Shown here piece after piece: positions 30,184 to 37,466 of a DNA stretch of 64,000 nt. A program made the position numbers and the translations under genes. Below the pieces are notes generated by a model. It was given only the letters and a program-made list of their open reading frames with translations, was not told where the DNA came from and ran no database searches. Position 1 is the first letter of the stretch, and each line of letters opens with the position of its first letter. The stretch is from contig CAWIPH010000002.1 of NCBI GenBank assembly GCA_963837955.1, positions 3,744,001-3,808,000 on the forward strand, read 5' to 3'. Source of the stretch: an uncultured Verrucomicrobiae bacterium (GTDB lineage Bacteria; Verrucomicrobiota; Verrucomicrobiia; Chthoniobacterales; JAFAMB01).

Positions 30184-30393
30184 AACGCCGACAACGCCGA
30201 CAACGCCGACAACGCCGGGAACGCCGGGAACGCCGACAACGCCGGGAACGACCGGAACGCCGTCAAACGGTGGGAATGCCGAGAACTGAACAAAGCCCAC
30301 AGCTTGTTCGGCTGATGGCTGCAAGAAAGTAAGACAGATAACTAAGCGCTCGCTTTTGATCCGACGTCGGCGCTACCGGCGTTCCCGGCGCTC
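30184..30393. repeat. Tandem 9-mer array (AACGCCGAC/AACGCCGGG x9) with inverted units at the far end
   Basis: Nine units at 30184-30264; reverse units gtcggcgct accggcgtt cccggcgct at 30366-30392. Confidence 0.85.
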
Positions 30394-31287
30394 CTACTCC
30401 GGTATCTGTCGCGGCTGGACCGGCTTGTTATACTGGTCTTGATTTTCGTCGGATTCTTCAGTCTCGTTCCGAGACGGCAAGCTAATGGTGTCTTGCCCAG
30501 TAACTTTTTTCTGGATCCAACCGCCAGCTTTTCGAAAAGCGCGCTCGACCGTATTTCCCACCGATTCACCGTAATGACGGGCGCGGTCCGAAAACGATTC
30601 GTCCTGGCTAGACTGACTTTGATGCGTGTACCTTCTCTCTCGGGAATTCGTGGGATGATGTTTAGGCGTGGGCTGATCGGAAGGTTCACTATTCTGGTCA
30701 AGAAGTTCCTGGTCTGAATTGGGCGGGGACCCTTGAGAAGCTAAGGCGCCCGAGCCTCCGCTAACCCAGTTACTCGAACTGAGCAGCGTACCATTATCAG
30801 CTGCCACCTTAACGATCCCGACCTCCTGCTGCTGCGAGTCCAATAAGTGAACCACCCACGCTGGTTTGCCTGTGTCCGGATCAACCGATAATCGGTAATT
30901 GGCTTTAGCAACCCCGGTGCCATTCTTTTTCGCTTCTTCCTGGGCCACCTGATAGGCTCCGTCGGAATCTACATTGAGCTCGTTGAGGTCGATGACTTTG
31001 CCGCCGGCAAATTCGCTACTGACTGGTGTTCTCTCTGACGCGACCTGATTCGAAACGATCTGAAGCTCCCGCACGCCTCCGCGCGCGGCTGGATCATCCA
31101 AAACAACGGTCCACATTCCGGGTTGCGGATTACCGGCTTCGCCTGAGACAGACAAAACCTGCTTAAGCGCCTCTTCGCCGCGCAGGGTACCGACAAAACG
31201 GAGCGCAGTGTAAGCAGTATTATCTTCGGCCCGACCTGAAACAGTCAGGAAGAAAAGCGCTACAAGCGAAGTGAAAAAACACCGCAT
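30394..31287 (-). CDS. Secreted hypothetical protein (PepSY-like segment, low-complexity tail)
   Basis: Signal peptide; DSDGAYQVA...PAWVVHL...VKVAADNGTLL resembles PepSY. Confidence 0.65.
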   Translation of the reverse strand: MRCFFTSLVALFFLTVSGRAEDNTAYTALRFVGTLRGEEALKQVLSVSGEAGNPQPGMWTVVLDDPAARGGVRELQIVSNQVASERTPVSSEFAGGKVIDLNELNVDSDGAYQVAQEEAKKNGTGVAKANYRLSVDPDTGKPAWVVHLLDSQQQEVGIVKVAADNGTLLSSSNWVSGGSGALASQGSPPNSDQELLDQNSEPSDQPTPKHHPTNSRERRYTHQSQSSQDESFSDRARHYGESVGNTVERAFRKAGGWIQKKVTGQDTISLPSRNETEESDENQDQYNKPVQPRQIPE

Positions 31288-31479
31288 GTCTGATCGCACC
31301 TATTTTTACCGGAATTAGCATATATTGCAACTAGCCATTGCGGATGTTGTGATCTGCAGTGGCAAAAATCGCGCGCCTCCCGCCGATCGACCGCGGCGAT
31401 TACTGAGTTTACACTAAACGTGGCAAAAGGCAGACTGGTACATCGCCTCGTGTAAGAGCGATACACTAAGGAAACAGCT

Positions 31480-32760
31480 ATGACCGCCGACATCGAGGAA
31501 CTCCAACGGTCAAATCATCTTTATCGAGGGCTGGTCGAAGTCAGTGCTCTCATCAATTCCATCACCGACTTCGATGAGCTTCTTTCAGCTATCCTTGATG
31601 TCGCTGGTCGCGTGATGCGAGCAGAAGCGAGTTCGCTGTTTCTGATCGATCACGAAACCGGAGACCTGGAACTCGCTATTGCGCGGGGCCCAGCAGGCGA
31701 CACTCTATCCCGCCCAGCTAGAATCAAAATCCCCCGGGGTCGCGGAATTTCTGGTTGGGTACGAGAACATCGGAAGAGCTTACTGGTTGCCGACGCATAT
31801 AACGATCCGCGGTTCTATCCGGAACTAGATAAGAGCTCTGGTTTTGTGACTCGCTCCGTACTCTGCATCCCTCTTTTCCAATTAGACGCCGAAATTGGAG
31901 TACTGGAAGTTCTTAACCCTTTGGATAAGCCGCACTTCGACGCGATCGATCTGGAAGCCTTTGAAGCGTACGGCAGCATGGTCTCCACGGCGATCGCCAA
32001 AATGCGAGCGATCGAACGGGATCGTCAACGCCGCTTGTTGGAAAAAGACTTGGAATTAGCTACTGAGATTCAGCACTCCTTTCTCCCGGATCTGTTGCCA
32101 TCCACTGAGCTTCTTGAATTTGCCGCGCATTACCGGCCGGCTCGCGACATCGCCGGCGACTTCTACGACGTCTTTGAAAGAAACGAAGGAGAATTCTATT
32201 TCGTCCTCGGCGACGTCTCCGGAAAAGGAATTGCGGCTGCGTTGATGATGGCCCAAGCGCTGAGCATGCTCCGGTTCATTGTTCATCCCGGAATGTCGCC
32301 GGCGGAAGCATTGCGCCGATGGAATGTCCGACTTTGCGATCGCACGATTCACGGAATGTTTATCACCGCCGTACTGGGAAGGATCTCCCCCCGGGACGGG
32401 CACGTTGAATTTTCAGTAGCAGGTCACTTTGCTCCAATGCTGCGGCTCGGGTTGGGCCAAGTGGAAGAACCGCGGATCGAGGCATCCCCTCCGCTTGGCG
32501 TAATCAGGGACATCTCATTTGGACTGAATCAGATCAAACTATTGCCAGGAAACCAGGCCGTCTTTTATACTGACGGCTTAATTGAGTCATTCAACATGTC
32601 CCGAGAACCTTTTTCCCAGGACCGGATAAAAAAGGTGCTGGCTCAGCCATTGCATGGACCGCGACAGATTGTAGATGCTTTAGTTGCGGCAGAAGCTGAG
32701 CACCGAGAAGACGCTGCACCTCACGACGACCTGACGATTCTGACAATCGGTCTGAGATGA
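31480..32760 (+). CDS. GAF + SpoIIE/PP2C phosphatase (RsbU-like)
   Basis: GAF (GRGISGWV, DAYNDPRF..DKSSGFVTRSVLCIPL); AGDFYD, GDVSGKG, YTDGL, DDLT. Confidence 0.94.
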   Translation: MTADIEELQRSNHLYRGLVEVSALINSITDFDELLSAILDVAGRVMRAEASSLFLIDHETGDLELAIARGPAGDTLSRPARIKIPRGRGISGWVREHRKSLLVADAYNDPRFYPELDKSSGFVTRSVLCIPLFQLDAEIGVLEVLNPLDKPHFDAIDLEAFEAYGSMVSTAIAKMRAIERDRQRRLLEKDLELATEIQHSFLPDLLPSTELLEFAAHYRPARDIAGDFYDVFERNEGEFYFVLGDVSGKGIAAALMMAQALSMLRFIVHPGMSPAEALRRWNVRLCDRTIHGMFITAVLGRISPRDGHVEFSVAGHFAPMLRLGLGQVEEPRIEASPPLGVIRDISFGLNQIKLLPGNQAVFYTDGLIESFNMSREPFSQDRIKKVLAQPLHGPRQIVDALVAAEAEHREDAAPHDDLTILTIGLR

Positions 32761-33194
32761 AGAATAAGATCGAGTTTGCAAGCCACCCGGCTAACCTTTG
32801 GTTGGTCCGGCACTGTGTTCGCCAATTCCTGCAAAATCGGACTTTTTCGACCCGAGAGATTGACCTGATGGTCTTAGGTGTCGACGAAGCGTGTTCCAAC
32901 ATCATCCGGCACGCCTACCATCACGCCGAAGACCAGCTCATCTCACTCTCTTTAGAAACCATTAAAAGTAACGGCGTACGTTTTCGTATCCGGGACTATG
33001 GTGAACGTTTCGATGCCACCACGCCTCATGGCCGGCCACTTGATCAGGTGCGCCCAGGCGGTCTGGGTATTCATTTGATCCGACACGCTTTTGACCAAAT
33101 CGACTATCAGCAGAGGAGCCGCGGAACGCTGCTAGTACTAACAAAGCTGAAACCAGACAACACCGGATTCATCCCCGAGCTTGCTCCGAACTAG
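32757..33194 (+). CDS. Anti-sigma factor Ser/Thr kinase (RsbW-like)
   Basis: VDEACSNIIRHAY, IRDYG, GGLGIHLI; ATGA overlap with the phosphatase gene. Confidence 0.92.
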   Translation: MKNKIEFASHPANLWLVRHCVRQFLQNRTFSTREIDLMVLGVDEACSNIIRHAYHHAEDQLISLSLETIKSNGVRFRIRDYGERFDATTPHGRPLDQVRPGGLGIHLIRHAFDQIDYQQRSRGTLLVLTKLKPDNTGFIPELAPN

Positions 33195-33264
33195 GGAGGT
33201 GAATCGGACGGGCCGTTGGTAGAACGCCCCTGATGGGCCTGTCGCGCCATAGCGGAGGCGGATT

Positions 33265-33386
33265 GAGATCTCACGCAAAGACGCCAAGACGCAAAGGTTT
33301 CAGATTAAGGAAGGAAGTCTGAGCAGAATGGGGTTGCGCGTGGGCCTTCCAATTCCTTTTCGTGAGGACATTCTCAAAAACGGCGC
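33265..33386 (+). mobile_element. Truncated copy of the 185-bp MITE-like element
   Basis: gagatctcacgcaaagacgccaagacgcaaaggtttcagattaagg... near-identical to 49066 and 49787; right end missing. Confidence 0.8.
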
Positions 33387-33532
33387 AATGATCCAGCAAC
33401 ACTCGATCCAGCGAGCCAAAAGCTCATTTGGACGTTCGCGGAGTAAACCGGCCGCCGACCAGGAACAGATTTTCTTCTTGCCGAGTGGCCTCCTCGGGTC
33501 TTTCGGTAGGTGTTTGGTCTTGCTCTCCCTTC

Positions 33533-34234
33533 ATGAAAGTCGCTCATAAGCTCTCCAAACTCACTGATGGCTCGGCCTTGGTCAGCGCTGGCAATGCTTA
33601 TCATCGTTGGCGCCATCCGATCAGCCCGGAGAAGATCTTCGAGCAAATCGACCAGGCCGGCCTTGAACGGATCCGAGCCAAATACGTCGTACCCGGCGAG
33701 AAGACACACTGGCCCAAGTACCTGGATGCGCCCCGGTGGATCCGGCTCAACATCCGGCGTGCTCAGGACCTCCGCCTGAAGCTCCGGCCAAGGCCACTAC
33801 GTATTCTAGATCTTGGGAGCGGGGCAGGATATTTCCTGCTCGTTGCCAAACACCTTGGCCATTCCGGAATCGGTTTGGACATCGCCGATCCCGCAATGTA
33901 CGGGGAAATGTTCGAGCTTTTTGGGATCCAGCGGGTGATCTGGGAGATTAACGCTTATCAGCGGCTGCCGGACCTTGGCGAAAGGTTCGATTTAGTCACG
34001 GCGTTTTCTATTTGTTTCAACGGTCATAAGCGTTCCAATCTGTGGGGTCCGACAGAATGGGAATTTTTTTTAGATGATCTCAAAACCCGTTTTCTTCGGC
34101 CAGGTGGTGAGATCTTTTTGGGTATGAACCCGGAGGCGGATGAGTCGTACTATGATTCTCAGCTGAAGCAGTTCTTTTTGAACCGCGGGGCGCGAATTGA
34201 CCGTGCCAAAGTCTGGTTTCGCCAAGTAACCTGA
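33533..34234 (+). CDS. Class I SAM-dependent methyltransferase
   Basis: RILDLGSGAG motif I, GLDI, RFDLVTA, LRPGG. Confidence 0.85.
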   Translation: MKVAHKLSKLTDGSALVSAGNAYHRWRHPISPEKIFEQIDQAGLERIRAKYVVPGEKTHWPKYLDAPRWIRLNIRRAQDLRLKLRPRPLRILDLGSGAGYFLLVAKHLGHSGIGLDIADPAMYGEMFELFGIQRVIWEINAYQRLPDLGERFDLVTAFSICFNGHKRSNLWGPTEWEFFLDDLKTRFLRPGGEIFLGMNPEADESYYDSQLKQFFLNRGARIDRAKVWFRQVT

Positions 34235-34353
34235 TGCTCCGCCTCAGGAATGTAGCCTGATGCTCTGCCTCAGGAATGTAGCCTGATGCTCTGCCTCAGG
34301 AACGTAGCCTGATGCTCCGTCAGGAATGTAGCCTGATGCTCTGCCTCAGGAAC
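34226..34353 (+). repeat. Five head-to-tail GTAG-REP units (26-bp period)
   Basis: (gtagcctgatgctcygcctcaggaay)x5, fourth unit 24 bp; first unit overlaps the methyltransferase stop. Confidence 0.92.
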
Positions 34354-34447
34354 CCAGGGCGCGCGCCAATCTCCGAAACAGAGTATCGGACTACTGAACT
34401 CTAGGCTTGAGTACCAGGCACAAACGTTTCTTTAATGGAGAGTTCCC

Positions 34448-35824
34448 ATGCGTGCGCGTGCCAAGATCCTCATTTGCGATGATCAACCCGAGATCCTCAG
34501 CGCGATCACCTTGGTTTGCTCAGCGGAGGGAATGCAGTGTGCCACCGTCAATTCGCCTGACGCGGTTCTGCCCAAACTCGCGGAAGAAGAGTTCGATCTT
34601 CTGCTCATGGACATGAACTACCACCAGGAGCGAACTGGCGGGCAAGAAGGTTTGAATTTGCTCCGCGCGGTCCATCAGAATGACCCCTCGCTACCCATTG
34701 TCGTAATGACCGCGTGGGGATCAATTCCACTCGCTGTCCAAGCGGTCCAGCTCGGCGCCAAAGATTTTCTTCAAAAACCGTGGGAAAACGAGCGGCTACT
34801 CTCCATCCTTCGCAATCAAATCGAACTGCGCGAGGCGTTGAGGGGAAAAGAACGCCTTGAGGCGGAGAACTCAGTCTTGCGGAGCGCCCAAGCTTCGACC
34901 AGCGAGTTTGTTACGCTTTCGCCCGGTATGCAGGAGGTGAGACGGATCATTGAGCAGGTGGCCCCTTCCGACGCGAACGTCCTCATCACCGGGGAAAACG
35001 GCACAGGTAAGGGCGTCGTAGCCCGCATGCTGCATCAACTCTCAAGCCGTGCGCAACCACCCTTGATCAGCGTAAATATGGGCGGGATACCGGAAACATT
35101 ATTTGAGAGTGAGATGTTCGGGCACGTCAAAGGCGCATTCACCGACGCTCGGGCGGATAGGGCAGGTCGTTTCGAGTTAGCGGACGGCGGCACCCTCTTT
35201 TTGGATGAAATTGCAAATCTAACCGGCTCGCAGCAGGCCAAGATCCTACGCGTTCTGGAGACGGGAGAGTTTGAGCGGGTCGGATCTTCCAAGACCAAAA
35301 GAGCGGATGTGCGGATACTCAGCGCCACGAATTCCGATCTGCTGGCGGAAATCGACTCGGGGAGATTTAGAGAGGATCTCTATTTCCGGCTGAACACTAT
35401 CCAGATCCATCTTCCGCCGTTGCGCGATCGAGTGGACGACATCCCGGCGCTGGTCCGATTTTTCCTTGGCGAGCTGACCGCGCGTTACCGGAAGAAGGAT
35501 TTTGAAGTTACTCCGGAGGCCTTACAAGCGCTGTGCAGGTATCCCTGGCCAGGAAATATTCGAGAGCTACGCCACGTGATAGAGCGGGCCGTTTTGCTGG
35601 CTCGATCCCCCGCTATCCAACCTAGCGATCTCGGACTGCAGGTTGCTGCGACTCGCGCAAATGTTTTGGAAGAGATGGACTTGGAGGCAATGGAAGCTCA
35701 TCTAATCAAAAAAGCGCTCGACCGGCACAATGGGAACGCGGTCAATGCCGCGAAGGCACTGGGATTAAGCCGAAGCGCATTCTATCGACGCCTGCAAAAA
35801 TACCAAATCCCCACCACGGATTGA
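34448..35824 (+). CDS. Sigma54-dependent response regulator (NtrC family)
   Basis: Receiver (CDD, LMDMNY, MTAWG, KPW), GENGTGKG, ESEMFGHVKGAFTDA, LFLDEI, WPGNIREL, Fis HTH. Confidence 0.96.
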   Translation: MRARAKILICDDQPEILSAITLVCSAEGMQCATVNSPDAVLPKLAEEEFDLLLMDMNYHQERTGGQEGLNLLRAVHQNDPSLPIVVMTAWGSIPLAVQAVQLGAKDFLQKPWENERLLSILRNQIELREALRGKERLEAENSVLRSAQASTSEFVTLSPGMQEVRRIIEQVAPSDANVLITGENGTGKGVVARMLHQLSSRAQPPLISVNMGGIPETLFESEMFGHVKGAFTDARADRAGRFELADGGTLFLDEIANLTGSQQAKILRVLETGEFERVGSSKTKRADVRILSATNSDLLAEIDSGRFREDLYFRLNTIQIHLPPLRDRVDDIPALVRFFLGELTARYRKKDFEVTPEALQALCRYPWPGNIRELRHVIERAVLLARSPAIQPSDLGLQVAATRANVLEEMDLEAMEAHLIKKALDRHNGNAVNAAKALGLSRSAFYRRLQKYQIPTTD

Positions 35825-35915
35825 AAGAGTACGAGCCAGCTCCGTCGCTGTTGCCGGAAAGCCCCTTCATGGGTGCCTTCCGATTAGTGATTAGTAGCGC
35901 CAGTGCTTCTGGACG

Positions 35916-36221
35916 TTGCGGAAGAATCTGTTATTCTGTTTCGGCGTGACCACGGATCCTCTCCTTCCTCTTGATCCGGATGACCAGCGAATCGATTTGG
36001 CTCAAATCGCCGAAATAGCGGCGAGCTTTCGCGAGTCGAAACATTATCTTTTGAATTCGATAGCCATTTGGACGGTTCAAGCGGAGCTGGCGAAGAGGGA
36101 TTCCGCATATTATCGCAAATTGGCTGAATCGATTCTCGAGCGCTCGGAGAGATTGGTTGATTTAGTCCGGGATACGGAAAACAAGCTACGCGTGGTATCA
36201 CCCCATGCTGTTTTGCAGTAG
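35916..36221 (+). CDS. Small hypothetical protein, stand-alone HisKA/DHp-like helical hairpin
   Basis: KHYLLNSIAIWTVQAELA resembles an H-box helix; start codon uncertain. Confidence 0.45.
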   Translation: MRKNLLFCFGVTTDPLLPLDPDDQRIDLAQIAEIAASFRESKHYLLNSIAIWTVQAELAKRDSAYYRKLAESILERSERLVDLVRDTENKLRVVSPHAVLQ

Positions 36222-36228
36222 GTCCGTC

Positions 36229-36336
36229 GTAGCCTGAGCCTCCTGGCTCCGGAACTCATGGGGCGTCTAGTAGACTGATGCTCCAGCCTCAGGAACGCCA
36301 TTGGTCCGTCGTAGCCTGATCCTCCTGGCTCAGGAA
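36229..36336 (+). repeat. Three GTAG-REPs at 41-bp period, upstream flank of RAYT
   Basis: Units start at 36229, 36270 and 36311. Confidence 0.88.
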
Positions 36337-36564
36337 CTCATAGCGTTGTGCCACGGGCCCGCCGTATTAACTATAAATTCGGCGCGTTGCTGCTGAGCCA
36401 AAATCACCGGCCGTTCGCAGGGCCACAGCTGTAGTATCGTTTCTTGACAGAATATTATAACTGTATTTTTTTACGTTACTATTTGTAACCAGAAAATAAC
36501 CCTGATCCTGCTAGTCTAGGAGCTCATCGTACGGGTATAGGCTCGGCAGTTTTTGCGTCCTGGA

Positions 36565-36590
36565 TCCCCGAGGCTGGAGCATCAGGCTAC
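36565..36590 (-). repeat. GTAG-REP immediately upstream of RAYT
   Basis: Reverse complement reads gtagcctgatgctccagcctcgggga. Confidence 0.88.
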
Positions 36591-36613
36591 TCTTGGCAGA
36601 GGCGGCATAACTG

Positions 36614-37204
36614 ATGATTTTTATGAAATTCTTCAATCCCGAGGAAAATGTAACAAAATATCGAGGAGTTCTTCCCCATTGGCGGCAGGCTGGGGTCACC
36701 TATTTTGTTACTTTCCGTCAGGTTGATTCCTTACCAGTTGGCAAGTTAGAGGCTTTGCAGGAGGAAAGATGCATTTGGAGACAAATGAACCCCGGTCCGT
36801 TGTCCCACGCTCAGAAAAGAGAGTATGCCGCTCGCTTTTCGGGCAAAATCCACGATTGGCTCGACGCCGGTTACGGCAAATGTTTTTTGGGCAAACCAGA
36901 AGTGCAGAAAATGATGGTGAGCACGCTCGGATATTTTTCGGGTAAGCGTTATGAACTCGGGGAATTCGTCATCATGCCGAATCACGTCCATTTACTGGTA
37001 ACTCCCATAAACGATTCCCGGTTAGAGCAAGTTCTTCGATCATGGAAATCATTTTCGGCGAGGCGCATAAACGAGATGTGTGGGTTATCGGGGCCGGTTT
37101 GGCATCGCGAGTCGTTCGACCATATCGTACGAAGTGAAGAGCAGCTGCAGCGTATCGAGCAATACATTCGGGATAATCCCAAGAAAACGGGAGCGACAAA
37201 GTAG
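36614..37204 (+). CDS. rayT: REP-associated tyrosine transposase (RAYT/TnpAREP, HUH Y1 family)
   Basis: LPHW..GVTYFVTFR, FVIMPNHVHLL (HUH), SWKSFSA..IN, VWHRESFDHIVR, QYIRDNP (catalytic Tyr); flanked by REPs on both sides. Confidence 0.93.
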   Translation: MIFMKFFNPEENVTKYRGVLPHWRQAGVTYFVTFRQVDSLPVGKLEALQEERCIWRQMNPGPLSHAQKREYAARFSGKIHDWLDAGYGKCFLGKPEVQKMMVSTLGYFSGKRYELGEFVIMPNHVHLLVTPINDSRLEQVLRSWKSFSARRINEMCGLSGPVWHRESFDHIVRSEEQLQRIEQYIRDNPKKTGATK

Positions 37205-37403
37205 CCTGAAGACTCTGGCTCGCTGAGGCCGTAGAATTAGGCTCTTCTTGACGGCTTGGGTTTCCTGAGGCTGGAGCATCAGGCTACTGAGGCGTTGTCG
37301 CTCTCGATGCCCTGAGCCTGGAGGATCAGGCTACGACGCGCTTGGAGGATCGGCTACAGACGCATTGTCTCTCTCCGATTCCTGAGGCCGAGCATCGGGC
37401 TAC
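37201..37403. repeat. GTAG-REP cluster, downstream flank of RAYT
   Basis: + copy at 37201 overlaps the TAG stop; - copies at 37262-37287, 37311-37334, 37341-37357 (partial) and 37379-37403. Confidence 0.88.
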
Positions 37404-37466
37404 ACCAAAACGACTAGTCGGGCGTCCGTTCTTGTGCTTTGGTGCTAGTTTACTCGTTTTGACCAA

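Noticed and set aside
30015..30324. Small ORFs with VPGVVG/SAFPA repeats (also 17328-17613)
   Set aside because: Translations of stop-free 9-mer repeat arrays, partly antisense to real genes
34226..34353. CRISPR array
   Set aside because: Units abut with no unique spacers, match the RAYT-flanking REP, and no cas genes are present
36229..36336. Mini-CRISPR (41-bp period)
   Set aside because: Only three non-identical units with ~15-nt linkers; better explained as REP subtypes
36614..37204. IS200/IS605 insertion sequence
   Set aside because: No tnpB and no unique IS ends; multiple REP flanks and the TYFVTFR/DHIVR motifs fit RAYT
37404..37466. SOS/LexA box upstream of uvrA
   Set aside because: No CTGT-N8-ACAG, GAAC-N4-GTTC or TGTTC-N4-GAACA match seen
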